Shown here: positions 1-8,068 of the stretch, piece after piece
Numbering within the stretch: position 1 is the first letter of the stretch
How the letters are laid out: each line of letters opens with the position of its first letter
Virus record (IMG/VR): IMGVR_UViG_3300021962_000072
Span: 58,188-78,187 of that record
Origin: an uncultured virus (IMG/VR IMGVR_UViG_3300021962_000072)
Taxonomy: Duplodnaviria > Heunggongvirae > Uroviricota > Caudoviricetes
DNA length: 20,000 nucleotides
Reading direction: 5' to 3' (one strand)
Notes under the pieces: model-generated
What the model saw: only the letters and a program-made list of their open reading frames with translations
Database searches by the model: none
Told to the model about the DNA's origin: nothing
Translations under genes and position numbers: made by a program

Positions 1-52
1 AACAGAAATTACAGAAGAAAAGAACGCTCGCAAAGAAGCCAAGGCTGCGTAA
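1..52 (+). CDS. 3' end of a small basic protein (…TEITEEKNARKEAKAA*), possibly Hc1/histone H1-like
   Basis: Frame 2 is open from the window edge to TAA at 50-52, 1 nt before the next ATG. The family guess rests on only 16 residues. Confidence 0.35.
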   Translation, partial: TEITEEKNARKEAKAA

Positions 53-53
53 A

Positions 54-521
54 ATGAGCGATGATAAGATCGAAGACAATGACATTGTTATCGATCTTGG
101 TAACAGTGTCTATACAGGAGAAAGTTATACATTAAGCAGTTCCGGCATAGACACTATTACCATAGATCCTTTATGGAACAACATGGCAACATCGATAACT
201 ATACCTACTTCTTCAACTACTTCTTTTACCGGCGGAAATTATACTATCGCTGGCAGTAATGGATACACCTGGTCAAATAGCGGTCTTGGTATCAATAATA
301 ATGCAAACGTTGTAATTACCCAAGGCGGAATGGAAATCAAGGACGGTGATATAAAAATAGGCGAAAGAAGTTTAACAAAATTTATGGAACAAATGGAACA
401 GAGATTGTCAATACTTGTTCCCGATCCAGAAAAATTAGAACAGTTCGAAGCACTTAAGAAAGCATACGAACATTACAAAACGATGGAAGCATTGTGCTTC
501 CCTGATAAGAAAGACAAATAA
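54..521 (+). CDS. Hypothetical phage protein with a T/S/G/N-rich middle and a C-terminal helix (LKKAYEHYKTMEAL)
   Basis: 155-aa ORF abutting both the upstream stop and the thyX start. Confidence 0.8.
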   Translation: MSDDKIEDNDIVIDLGNSVYTGESYTLSSSGIDTITIDPLWNNMATSITIPTSSTTSFTGGNYTIAGSNGYTWSNSGLGINNNANVVITQGGMEIKDGDIKIGERSLTKFMEQMEQRLSILVPDPEKLEQFEALKKAYEHYKTMEALCFPDKKDK

Positions 522-1205
522 ATGAATGTACGATTGGTCTCCTATTCACAACCAACAGAGGAATTTGCAAACTTGGGCATCGACGATGCGCAGGAACTCA
601 TTGCGTATTGCGCCCGTGTCAGCAATCCCTCAAACCAGCTCAATACAGAGACAAGTGAAAAACTCATCAGATACCTGGTCAAACACGCACACTGGAGTCC
701 ACTTGAAATGGTCTCAGCCTGCGTTGAAATCGAAACCACAAGAGACATCGCAAGACAAATCTTGCGACACAGAAGTTTCTCATTCCAAGAGTTCAGCCAA
801 CGATATGCTGACCCTACTCGAGACCTCTCGTTTACTATTAGAGAAGCAAGATTACAAGATCCAAAAAATAGACAGAACAGTGTCCCTCTGGACGGCACAC
901 TTGGCCATGCAATCATACAAGATGAATGGAGAGATAGACAACTCGAACTCATCAGAGTCGCCAAGGAAACATACGAATGGGCTATATCTAAGGGCATAGC
1001 TAAAGAACAAGCCCGTGCGGTGCTGCCAGAGGGATTAACTGTGAGTCGTCTATACATGAATGGTACCTTACGTAGTTGGGTTCATTTTATTGAACTGCGT
1101 TCTGGAAACGGTACACAAAAAGAGCATCAATTAGTTGCTCTTGCCTGCGCCAAAGCTATCGCTGCTATATTTCCTATGAGCGAGAGTTTAATCAGCAATG
1201 ACTGA
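522..1205 (+). CDS. thyX: Flavin-dependent thymidylate synthase ThyX
   Basis: ThyX signature RHRSFSFQEFSQRY (RHRx7SxR), plus CARVS, HWSPLE, KEQARAVLP, MNGTLRSWVHFIELR and TQKEH. Confidence 0.97.
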   Translation: MNVRLVSYSQPTEEFANLGIDDAQELIAYCARVSNPSNQLNTETSEKLIRYLVKHAHWSPLEMVSACVEIETTRDIARQILRHRSFSFQEFSQRYADPTRDLSFTIREARLQDPKNRQNSVPLDGTLGHAIIQDEWRDRQLELIRVAKETYEWAISKGIAKEQARAVLPEGLTVSRLYMNGTLRSWVHFIELRSGNGTQKEHQLVALACAKAIAAIFPMSESLISND

Positions 1206-1581
1206 AGAATTAAAAGATTTCTGTCAAAATTACGAGGTTCGTGTCCTGAACGACCAAAAACGCAGGGCACGATATCACCCTCCCAGATTCTTTACAGAAC
1301 CAGAACGTGCTGACATCATCCGAAATGACATTGTAGAATACGAAACTGAAAAAGTCATTACTTTAGAAATACCAGAAGGTAGACTACGCACTCTTATAGA
1401 AATGGAGCGCAGATTCTTTAGATGGCAACGGCACAGTCAGGGTGAGGTCGATATGTTCCAAACTTTAATGGACAAAGAAAGAGAAGAAGCACACTATCGT
1501 AATACCAATCCTGCTGTACAAAAAGCCTACGAACAATATTCTGTAATGCTTAATCTAGCCGGATATCAAAGAAAATTTTGA
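1198..1581 (+). CDS. Hypothetical phage protein (C-terminal NPAVQKAYEQYSVMLNL)
   Basis: 127-aa ORF overlapping the thyX end by 8 nt. Confidence 0.85.
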   Translation: MTEELKDFCQNYEVRVLNDQKRRARYHPPRFFTEPERADIIRNDIVEYETEKVITLEIPEGRLRTLIEMERRFFRWQRHSQGEVDMFQTLMDKEREEAHYRNTNPAVQKAYEQYSVMLNLAGYQRKF

Positions 1582-1598
1582 ATCAAAATTCATAAGTA

Positions 1599-1627
1599 TT
1601 GACAGGTTTTAAAAAATATCTTATAAT
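1599..1627 (+). promoter_or_regulatory. Perfect-consensus sigma70 promoter (phage early type)
   Basis: TTGACA at 1599-1604, 17-nt spacer, TATAAT at 1622-1627, ATG at 1637. Confidence 0.9.
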
Positions 1628-1636
1628 TACTTTACT

Positions 1637-2446
1637 ATGAGAAATTACTGGACTTGTTCAAAATTTGCAGACTGGATCCGCGGGACCACAAAACTAAAGT
1701 GTGGCACCGGAAAAGAATGGGCTGAGTGGGAGAAAGCTGCCAAAGCCAGATATCCTTTCCGTTGGTGGTTAGCTGAAGAAGGTCTCGACTACATCCAAGA
1801 CGTTTGGATGTTCATTCCTGATAGGATTAATGATGTTCGCTACTATATTAACAATCGTTGGATTACCCGTACTCATGCTCTTACTGCCCATCCTAGGGAC
1901 ATTAAGCCTGGCGAATGGCGTGATGTGGGAAATCGTTTTCTTCCCTGTCTTTTTAACGAGCTTGTGGATTTCGTCGAGATAGAACAGGCGTGGCATCACT
2001 GTGTATGGGACGAAGAAGCCCGTAAAAAGCACAGCTATCCCTGGTGGCGTCGTTGGTATCGAAACTGGCGGTGTCCAGAAGCTGGCATTGCTTATCTAAA
2101 TTGGGCAAAGACTCTAACTAACAAAGAGTTCATCCAAGAAGGCGAACAGGAAGAACCTACATATCAAGCCAAAGCTGCTAAAGAAATCTTAGAGCTCTAT
2201 ACCTGGTGGAAAGAAATTTATCCAAATCGTCCAGATGTTCACGACGCTAGCGGTTGGACTGCTTACTGTAATCTTCGCCGCGAAAAAGGTTATCATCTTT
2301 TAGATATGGAAGATAAAACTCCCGAAATGGCAGAAATGTGTAATACTGCCCTTAATAAAACCAGAGAGCTTGAAGAAGCATACAATAAAGAAGATGAAGA
2401 AATGATGATCCGTCTTATTAAAATTCGCGAATCGTTATGGACTTAA
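1637..2446 (+). CDS. Trp-rich hypothetical phage protein
   Basis: 269-aa ORF directly behind the consensus promoter; no recognisable family. Confidence 0.85.
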   Translation: MRNYWTCSKFADWIRGTTKLKCGTGKEWAEWEKAAKARYPFRWWLAEEGLDYIQDVWMFIPDRINDVRYYINNRWITRTHALTAHPRDIKPGEWRDVGNRFLPCLFNELVDFVEIEQAWHHCVWDEEARKKHSYPWWRRWYRNWRCPEAGIAYLNWAKTLTNKEFIQEGEQEEPTYQAKAAKEILELYTWWKEIYPNRPDVHDASGWTAYCNLRREKGYHLLDMEDKTPEMAEMCNTALNKTRELEEAYNKEDEEMMIRLIKIRESLWT

Positions 2447-2607
2447 CTCCAAAAACTCCTAGTAGATTCCGGGCGTGGGTTTATCAACTTTGGATAGAAA
2501 ACTCCGAAGAACATTTGACATATGGCGAATCCCCATATAAAATAAAAGAGTATTGGGCCAAACACAAGTATTGGCTTAAACACCAATTTAAGAAAGCATT
2601 ACAATGA
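2437..2607 (+). CDS. Small hypothetical protein, 56 aa (MDLTPKTPSRFRAWVYQLW…KYWLKHQFKKALQ); not in the ORF track
   Basis: Translated by hand. It fills the gap between ORFs, overlaps the upstream gene by 10 nt and has an ATGA overlap with the ORF at 2604. Confidence 0.75.
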   Translation: MDLTPKTPSRFRAWVYQLWIENSEEHLTYGESPYKIKEYWAKHKYWLKHQFKKALQ

Positions 2608-2879
2608 CTGATGAAAAGAAAGAAACCAAGGTTGTATTTGCACCCGGTTGCTTCGATCACTTCGAGGGAACCCAAGAAGAACTCAACGAGCTTGTTAAAG
2701 ATATTCAAAAAATGTTCGAAGGAAAAACACACGAAGAAATTAAATCTTCTGGTAGGATGGTTGATCCGGATGATCTCCCCCCTGAAATTCTTGCACAGTT
2801 AGCTGAACATTTTTTTGACGAAGAAGAATTAAACGAATTAGAATCCATGGGTATGCCACGGAATAGGAAACTGCAATGA
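2604..2879 (+). CDS. Acidic hypothetical phage protein (VVFAPGCFDHFEGTQEEL)
   Basis: 91-aa ORF with ATGA coupling at both ends. Confidence 0.8.
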   Translation: MTDEKKETKVVFAPGCFDHFEGTQEELNELVKDIQKMFEGKTHEEIKSSGRMVDPDDLPPEILAQLAEHFFDEEELNELESMGMPRNRKLQ

Positions 2880-3265
2880 AATTACAAACACCTGCGGAAG
2901 GTATTCTTAAAAAGAACGAATGGGGTGATTCAAAAATGTATCACGTAGTCTGTGACTGTGGTGCAGATTGGCATACTCACGATCTTTGGATAGAGGCTGA
3001 AGATGTAGGTGTTACTGTAACGATCTATTCAACTGTAAAAAGTCCTTGGTGGTCAATGAATCGATTTAAACAGATTTGGACTTTACTTACTAAAGGTTAT
3101 CTACAACAGGAAACAGTTCTTACTATGTCCGAACAGACTGCATTGAACTATGCAGAAACTTTAAAATCATCTATTAAAGATGTTAAAGAATTCCGTAATA
3201 AAAGACTTTCTAAAAAAGAAAATATACAAGCTGTAAAAGAAGCAAATGAACAAGACTGTGTCTAA
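2876..3265 (+). CDS. Hypothetical phage protein with a CxC-x4-HxH motif, possibly metal binding
   Basis: 129-aa ORF, ATGA-coupled; contains CDCGADWHTH. Confidence 0.8.
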   Translation: MKLQTPAEGILKKNEWGDSKMYHVVCDCGADWHTHDLWIEAEDVGVTVTIYSTVKSPWWSMNRFKQIWTLLTKGYLQQETVLTMSEQTALNYAETLKSSIKDVKEFRNKRLSKKENIQAVKEANEQDCV

Positions 3266-3842
3266 GAGCCCACAGCGGCACTCCTTTCAAAAAGAAGGGT
3301 ATGTTAAAAGAATGGAGGAAAAAGGTGAACCTCCCAGCGAAGCATACCTAGATTATTTTGAAAAGGTCCTCGACGATCACGATCGTAAATTTGAAGATCC
3401 CCAAAGCAGAATCGACAACATGGAATACGATCTCCTAACCACCGATTGGATCCTGGAAAAAGCTCGTGCTGATGATGCCTATGCCCAAAACTTATATGCG
3501 GCAATGTGCAATAATGACTTTATCAAAATGGAAGTCGTTCCGATTCTTAGGCAAGATCCAGAGAAAGATTTTTGGAGCGCCTCTTGGCGTTATGCCGGAG
3601 GCATCGTTGCCGACATGCAACAAAAAGGTGATTACATAGATTGGTACTGTTCAGGTATAAGGGATATCGGAATCTATTCACCTGCTAAAGAAAACGAAGA
3701 ATTTACCGAAGAACAATTAGCCAGAAAGGCTGTTGTTGACAGATACGTGCCGGAAGGCTGTATAACCGACGAGATCCGGAATGATCTCCAACGTCTTGGT
3801 TGGGCAGTGGCGCCCGATGGAGATTGGAAAAAATTTGTTTAA
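3246..3842 (+). CDS. Hypothetical phage protein (YAQNLYAAMCNNDF…WSASWRYAGGIVADM…GDYIDWYCSG)
   Basis: 198-aa ORF in the operon-like run; function unknown. Confidence 0.85.
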   Translation: MNKTVSKSPQRHSFQKEGYVKRMEEKGEPPSEAYLDYFEKVLDDHDRKFEDPQSRIDNMEYDLLTTDWILEKARADDAYAQNLYAAMCNNDFIKMEVVPILRQDPEKDFWSASWRYAGGIVADMQQKGDYIDWYCSGIRDIGIYSPAKENEEFTEEQLARKAVVDRYVPEGCITDEIRNDLQRLGWAVAPDGDWKKFV

Positions 3843-3865
3843 TTCAAGGAGATAAGTGAGATAAA

Positions 3866-4060
3866 ATGACCTGGGAACTCTATGAGGTCTGGGCCGTTGA
3901 CGAGGCAGGACACGAACAGTTAATCGAAACAACTAAAAGTCAAAAAGAAGCGATGGAACTAGCCGAAAGAACATTAGACGAAGGCTTTACAGAAACAGTG
4001 ATCTATCGCGAAACCGAAGATGGTGATTTGGAAGAATTCCAGAGATTCGTACTTGATTGA
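3866..4060 (+). CDS. Small acidic hypothetical protein
   Basis: 64-aa ORF with AGGAG at 3847-3851 upstream, although the spacing is long. Confidence 0.75.
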   Translation: MTWELYEVWAVDEAGHEQLIETTKSQKEAMELAERTLDEGFTETVIYRETEDGDLEEFQRFVLD

Positions 4061-4085
4061 CAGAATGTTTTTTCGAAGTTACACT
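4057..4085 (+). promoter_or_regulatory. Sigma70-type promoter
   Basis: TTGACA at 4057-4062, 17-nt spacer, TACACT at 4080-4085; AGGAG at 4113-4117 precedes TTG at 4124. Confidence 0.75.
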
Positions 4086-4123
4086 AAGTATTATTTTGTT
4101 TAACTTAACAACAGGAGCCTAAA

Positions 4124-5293
4124 TTGGTAACCAAAACAAAGAAGTTGTCTATCGCTGTTCGTGAAAACAAAGGACGTGATCTCAGCCCAAAGTGGGATGG
4201 TCACGAAACCTGGTCAGCTGACGAATTCTCTAAACACTTCCGCCGATCAATGGAATGGTATCGTCTTGAAAAAAGCGGTAAAGAATTAAAACCAAAAGTT
4301 ATTGATTGGATGGGTCGTAACGGTTATACTAAAGATCAGATTTCTGCTTTTAAGAAAACTAAAGATAATCGTTGTGGACTTACAATGGGTGCCGTAGCAG
4401 CCAATCTTCTTAAAGGAATGCCCGACCTTCGTCCTGATTTCAATGAGGGTCGTAATACTGATACCTGGTTACGTAATGCTATCCAGAATGTCATTAATGA
4501 AGGTCGCGATGATGCTGAAGATGAAGAAACTGCAGAACCAGTATCAGCTGTTCCGCAGATCAGTATCCAGGAACGTGTAAGAGAAGCCAGCTATAAAATG
4601 GCAGAAGAAATTGAAGATGCCCTAGAGCTGTTTGCTGAAGATCCTGCAACCTTCGATCCAAAAGCATTTAAAGTTCTTAATCTCCTTAAAGGCAAAGACG
4701 CCAAGGCTGCACACGCTCGAATTATTCGTGACTTTTATCAACGTCAACACGACGAGTATGTCGAACTACAAGAAGGCAAGTGCGAGCAGCTTAAAGAAGC
4801 TTATAGACACCTTAGCAAAGCAGATGTTAAGAAGATCGTCTCTTTCTATAACGAAATTCTTAGTGCCTGCAATATGCTGATGCAGGAAGCTAAAGTTAAT
4901 CGCAAGCCACGTGCCAAAAAGACCGTGAGCAAAGATAAACTTGTAGCTAAAGTGAAATATGCTAAAACTTTTGAGCCGCTGAAACTAGTATCGATTAATC
5001 CTGCTGACATTATTGGTTCTAAAGAGCTGTGGGTTTACAATACTAAAACACGCAAATTAGGCAAATATGTTGCCAATGAATACATGGAATTGGGTATTAA
5101 AGGAACCAGCATCACAGGATTTAGCGAAAATCTCAGCGTTCAAAAGACCCTGCGTAAGCCTGAAGAGAAACTCAAAGAGTTTAAATCTGCTGGTAAAGTA
5201 GCACTACGAAAATTCCTTGAAGATATCAATGCTGTTGATACTAAAATGAATGGTCGTATTAACGAAGAAACTGTGCTGTTAAAAATACAATAA
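4124..5293 (+). CDS. Lys-rich hypothetical protein of large-phage type (C-terminal LVSINPADIIG…LWVYNTKTRKL…QKTLRKPEE)
   Basis: 389-aa ORF with a TTG start and SD, flanked by its own promoter and terminator. Confidence 0.85.
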   Translation: MVTKTKKLSIAVRENKGRDLSPKWDGHETWSADEFSKHFRRSMEWYRLEKSGKELKPKVIDWMGRNGYTKDQISAFKKTKDNRCGLTMGAVAANLLKGMPDLRPDFNEGRNTDTWLRNAIQNVINEGRDDAEDEETAEPVSAVPQISIQERVREASYKMAEEIEDALELFAEDPATFDPKAFKVLNLLKGKDAKAAHARIIRDFYQRQHDEYVELQEGKCEQLKEAYRHLSKADVKKIVSFYNEILSACNMLMQEAKVNRKPRAKKTVSKDKLVAKVKYAKTFEPLKLVSINPADIIGSKELWVYNTKTRKLGKYVANEYMELGIKGTSITGFSENLSVQKTLRKPEEKLKEFKSAGKVALRKFLEDINAVDTKMNGRINEETVLLKIQ

Positions 5294-5314
5294 CAAAGTA
5301 ATTACTCAGTAACC

Positions 5315-5337
5315 AGCGGGCTCCGGCCCGCTTTTTT
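5315..5337 (+). terminator. Rho-independent terminator with a C(UCCG)G tetraloop
   Basis: AGCGGGC-TCCG-GCCCGCT followed by a T run, 21 nt after the stop at 5293. Confidence 0.92.
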
Positions 5338-5346
5338 ATTGGCTGA

Positions 5347-5352
5347 TAAATA
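5347..5352 (+). promoter_or_regulatory. TAAATA putative phage late promoter
   Basis: gaTAAATA lies just after the terminator and 7 nt before ATG 5360; it resembles the T4 late promoter TATAAATA. Confidence 0.6.
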
Positions 5353-5359
5353 CAGTACT

Positions 5360-6490
5360 ATGACCAAACAAACTATTGATTCTATCCTTCAAGATCTCGG
5401 AAAACATCTCAATAACATAGCAGATAAAGCCGCTCTAGATCCAACACAACTGGTATTAGCTATGCCGAAAAGAGGGCTTACCGGTGATCATATCTCTGGC
5501 GGGAAAATCGTAAATTTTGCCAGCACAGGAATCAAAGATAGTGCTAAAGATCTAGTTTTACAAGTTAACGACGACGGCATAGTAACAAACAAAATAACCA
5601 CTTCAGTACTGCAAGGTCCCGTGACTACAGAAGGCGATCTCACTGTAACGGGAACGATAAAAGCAGCAGTATTGGAGGTTGGAGAAATCAAAGCTGATCT
5701 CAAATTAGAAAAGACATCTCCATTAGAATTTAAAGCGATCAAAGGTGACAGCCCATACGGAAAAGGGTTGCTTTGGACTGGTTGGGGAATTACTAAGCAA
5801 TTGGTAATGTCAGGAAATCCTGATAGGCTGTTTAGTACAGAACATTTTGATCTAGCAGCAGAAAAATCATTTTCCATTGGCGGTATTGGTGTGCTTTCTT
5901 CAAACACACTTGGACCTTCTGTAACTAAAAGTAATCTAAAAGAATTAGGCAGACTGAGAGAATTAAAAGTAGATGGCGACGTTGAAATAGCAGAATATCT
6001 ATTTTTTGATTCTATTACCAACAGACTAGGATTAGGTGTTGATGCTCCTAACGCAGCAATCAGTGTAGCCGAAGATGGTATCGAAGTGATGCTAGGCACT
6101 ATCAACAATACTAAAGGAATGGTCGGTACCTTTGCCGGGCAAGCATTTGATATTGTTACTGATAACACTACTAGAATTTCTATAGCCGCAAACGGCAACA
6201 TCACTCTAGGCAATAACAAAATGCCTCCTATACAAGTAGGAATACACGGCAAACTAGCTGTTAGGGTGAATGTCCCAGATCCGGACGTAGATCTTCATGT
6301 TGCCGGTCCTATCAAGTTCCACGGTCATAGACACGAATACGGAAACAATTCTCCAACATCCGGTGACTACGATCAAGGAGATATTGTTTGGAACAACTAT
6401 CCTCACGTAGGAGGTTATGTTGGTTGGGTATGCACACAATCAGGTAGTCCAGGAACCTGGTCACCATTTGGAGCAATAGTTAATTTATGA
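5360..6490 (+). CDS. Tail fibre/spike-like virion protein, paralog 1
   Basis: Gly-rich beta-repeat composition (NRLGLGVDAPNAAISV, PDVDLHVAG) and C-terminal PTSGDYDQGDIVWN…GWVCTQSGSPGTWSPFG. Start reassigned to ATG 5360. Confidence 0.75.
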   Translation: MTKQTIDSILQDLGKHLNNIADKAALDPTQLVLAMPKRGLTGDHISGGKIVNFASTGIKDSAKDLVLQVNDDGIVTNKITTSVLQGPVTTEGDLTVTGTIKAAVLEVGEIKADLKLEKTSPLEFKAIKGDSPYGKGLLWTGWGITKQLVMSGNPDRLFSTEHFDLAAEKSFSIGGIGVLSSNTLGPSVTKSNLKELGRLRELKVDGDVEIAEYLFFDSITNRLGLGVDAPNAAISVAEDGIEVMLGTINNTKGMVGTFAGQAFDIVTDNTTRISIAANGNITLGNNKMPPIQVGIHGKLAVRVNVPDPDVDLHVAGPIKFHGHRHEYGNNSPTSGDYDQGDIVWNNYPHVGGYVGWVCTQSGSPGTWSPFGAIVNL

Positions 6491-7356
6491 GCTCGTTAGA
6501 TAAAAATTTAGAAACAATAACTTCTGCACTGAAAGAATTATTAGAAGAAAGAACACAAGATGTAAGTCTTGTGAATGTGCCATTTGTAGAATTTAAAGCA
6601 GGCAAAGACGGAAATCTTGTTGGCAAAGGATTGATTTGGTCTGGTAAAGGAATCACTAAACAGCTGATCCTATCTGGTAATTCTGATAAGTTGTTTACTA
6701 CAGAAAACATCGATATCGCCAAAGATAAAATCTACAGCGTAGGTGGTGTTCCTGTATTGTCAGAATCTTCTCTAGGTCCTAGTGTTAGCTCTAGCAGCCT
6801 AAGAGAAGTAGGAAGATTAAAAAGTTTAATAGTAGATGGCAATCTAATCATAAACGAGTACTTATATTATGATGCTGCTTCGGATAGATTGGGCATCGGA
6901 ACAGATAGTCCAAATGCTGCCATTAGCGTAGCTGAACACGGTGTTGAGATTATTATTGGTACTTCTGAAGAGTTTAGGGCACAAATAGGAACCTTTGCTT
7001 CTGATGATTTCGATATCGTTACGGACAGTACATCCAGAATTACCGTTAAGGCTAACGGAGACATTGACCTTGGAAATAAAAACTTCGGTCCAACTAAAGT
7101 GTCTATAAATGGTACATTGGGTGTAAATGTCAATTCTGTAGATCCTAGAGTCCAATTGCATGTAGGTGGTTCTATTAAATTTAATAATAACCTACACCTA
7201 AGCGGAACTGAACCTCCAAGCGACGGCAGCTTTACACAAGGTGATATATTGTGGAACACTGAACCTAATCTAGGTAAATGTGTTGGATGGGTTTGTGTGC
7301 AAGCAGGTCGCCCAGGACAATGGTTACCTTTCGGTCAAATTTTTAATCACAATTAA
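6487..7356 (+). CDS. Tail fibre/spike-like virion protein, paralog 2
   Basis: Colinear with the C-terminal part of the upstream gene (GKGLIWSG.GITKQL, LGPSV, PNAAISVAE.G, QGDI.WN, GWVC…PG.W.PFG); 4-nt overlap. Confidence 0.75.
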   Translation: MSSLDKNLETITSALKELLEERTQDVSLVNVPFVEFKAGKDGNLVGKGLIWSGKGITKQLILSGNSDKLFTTENIDIAKDKIYSVGGVPVLSESSLGPSVSSSSLREVGRLKSLIVDGNLIINEYLYYDAASDRLGIGTDSPNAAISVAEHGVEIIIGTSEEFRAQIGTFASDDFDIVTDSTSRITVKANGDIDLGNKNFGPTKVSINGTLGVNVNSVDPRVQLHVGGSIKFNNNLHLSGTEPPSDGSFTQGDILWNTEPNLGKCVGWVCVQAGRPGQWLPFGQIFNHN

Positions 7357-7365
7357 AAATCTTTT

Positions 7366-7371
7366 TAAATA
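7366..7371 (+). promoter_or_regulatory. TAAATA putative late promoter
   Basis: Intergenic, 5 nt before ATG 7377; no SD present. Confidence 0.5.
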
Positions 7372-7376
7372 GCGTA

Positions 7377-7982
7377 ATGCTATCAGACAAAACTCTCGTC
7401 ATTGGTAACGGTGAAAGCAGAAAAAATATAAATCTAGATTTAATACATTGTACCAAATACGGGTGCAATGCTATTTTTAGAGATCATTATGTAGATCATT
7501 TGATCTGTGTTGACTCTCGAATGGTTGACGAAGCACTAGTCAGTCTTAAAAAAATATCTAAAATTTATACCAGGACAGATTGGATAAACAACTACAAACA
7601 ATTCCCACAGGTTAGAGTAGTTCCCAACTTGCCGTATGCTGGAACAAACAGAGAAGACGACCCCTGGCACTGGGGTAGTGGACCATATGCTGCACTGTTG
7701 GCAGCATTGGATTATCCCAGTACTGTTGAAATGATCGGATTTGATTTATACGGCATCGACGGCAAAGTCAATAACGTATATAAAGGAACTCAAAACTATT
7801 CTAAATCAGATAGTCACGCTATTGACCACAGCTATTGGGTCTATCAGATCTCAAAGGTCTTCGAAAGTTTTCCTGATAAATACTTCGTAGTTTACAACAA
7901 GTCCAATTGGCAGTTACCAAGGCAATGGGATTTGGAGAATGTTGTTGTTAAAGACATTGACATTTTCAATGCAACTCTGTAA
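7377..7982 (+). CDS. Sialyltransferase-fold protein (GT29/GT42/DUF115-like)
   Basis: N-terminal LVIGNGESR, then YGCNA and MIGFDLYG, matching the GNGxS…GxD pattern of this Rossmann-like superfamily. Confidence 0.55.
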   Translation: MLSDKTLVIGNGESRKNINLDLIHCTKYGCNAIFRDHYVDHLICVDSRMVDEALVSLKKISKIYTRTDWINNYKQFPQVRVVPNLPYAGTNREDDPWHWGSGPYAALLAALDYPSTVEMIGFDLYGIDGKVNNVYKGTQNYSKSDSHAIDHSYWVYQISKVFESFPDKYFVVYNKSNWQLPRQWDLENVVVKDIDIFNATL

Positions 7983-7985
7983 ACT
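7957..7985 (+). promoter_or_regulatory. Sigma70-type promoter for the queD leader
   Basis: TTGACA at 7957-7962, 17-nt spacer, TAAACT at 7980-7985; predicted start ~7992-7993. Confidence 0.7.
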
Positions 7986-7992
7986 ACTGGTT

Positions 7993-8068
7993 AGTGGTCT
8001 TAGGCGTTCATCCCACTTTAAATACTCTGCATGTCATCAAACTTGCTACTTTTACAAGGAGACTAGAG
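7993..8068 (+). ncRNA. Candidate preQ1-I-like riboswitch or structured 5' leader of queD
   Basis: Stem AGTGG (7993-7997)/CCACT (8013-8017); loop begins with U, ends with C and contains UAG; A-rich tail; a second hairpin overlaps the SD. Confidence 0.45.

Noticed and set aside
526..1057. Alternative-frame and antisense ORFs over thyX (526-999 +, 542-1057 -)
   Set aside because: Shadow ORFs of a well-supported gene, with no motifs or start signals.
5339..5359. TTG start at 5339 from the ORF track
   Set aside because: It abuts the terminator tail and lies upstream of the TAAATA motif; ATG 5360 fits better.
5488..7259. Long minus-strand ORFs (254, 130, 99, 80 and 61 aa)
   Set aside because: Antisense shadows of the fibre genes, explained by codon bias.
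6330..7345. Possible DGR template/variable repeat pair at the similar C-termini of the fibre paralogs
   Set aside because: Differences are not confined to adenines, both copies are coding, and no reverse transcriptase is in the window.
7994..8068. N-terminal extension of QueD from GTG 7994
   Set aside because: A strong SD precedes ATG 8069 and the QueD-like sequence starts there, so the region is better read as an RNA leader.
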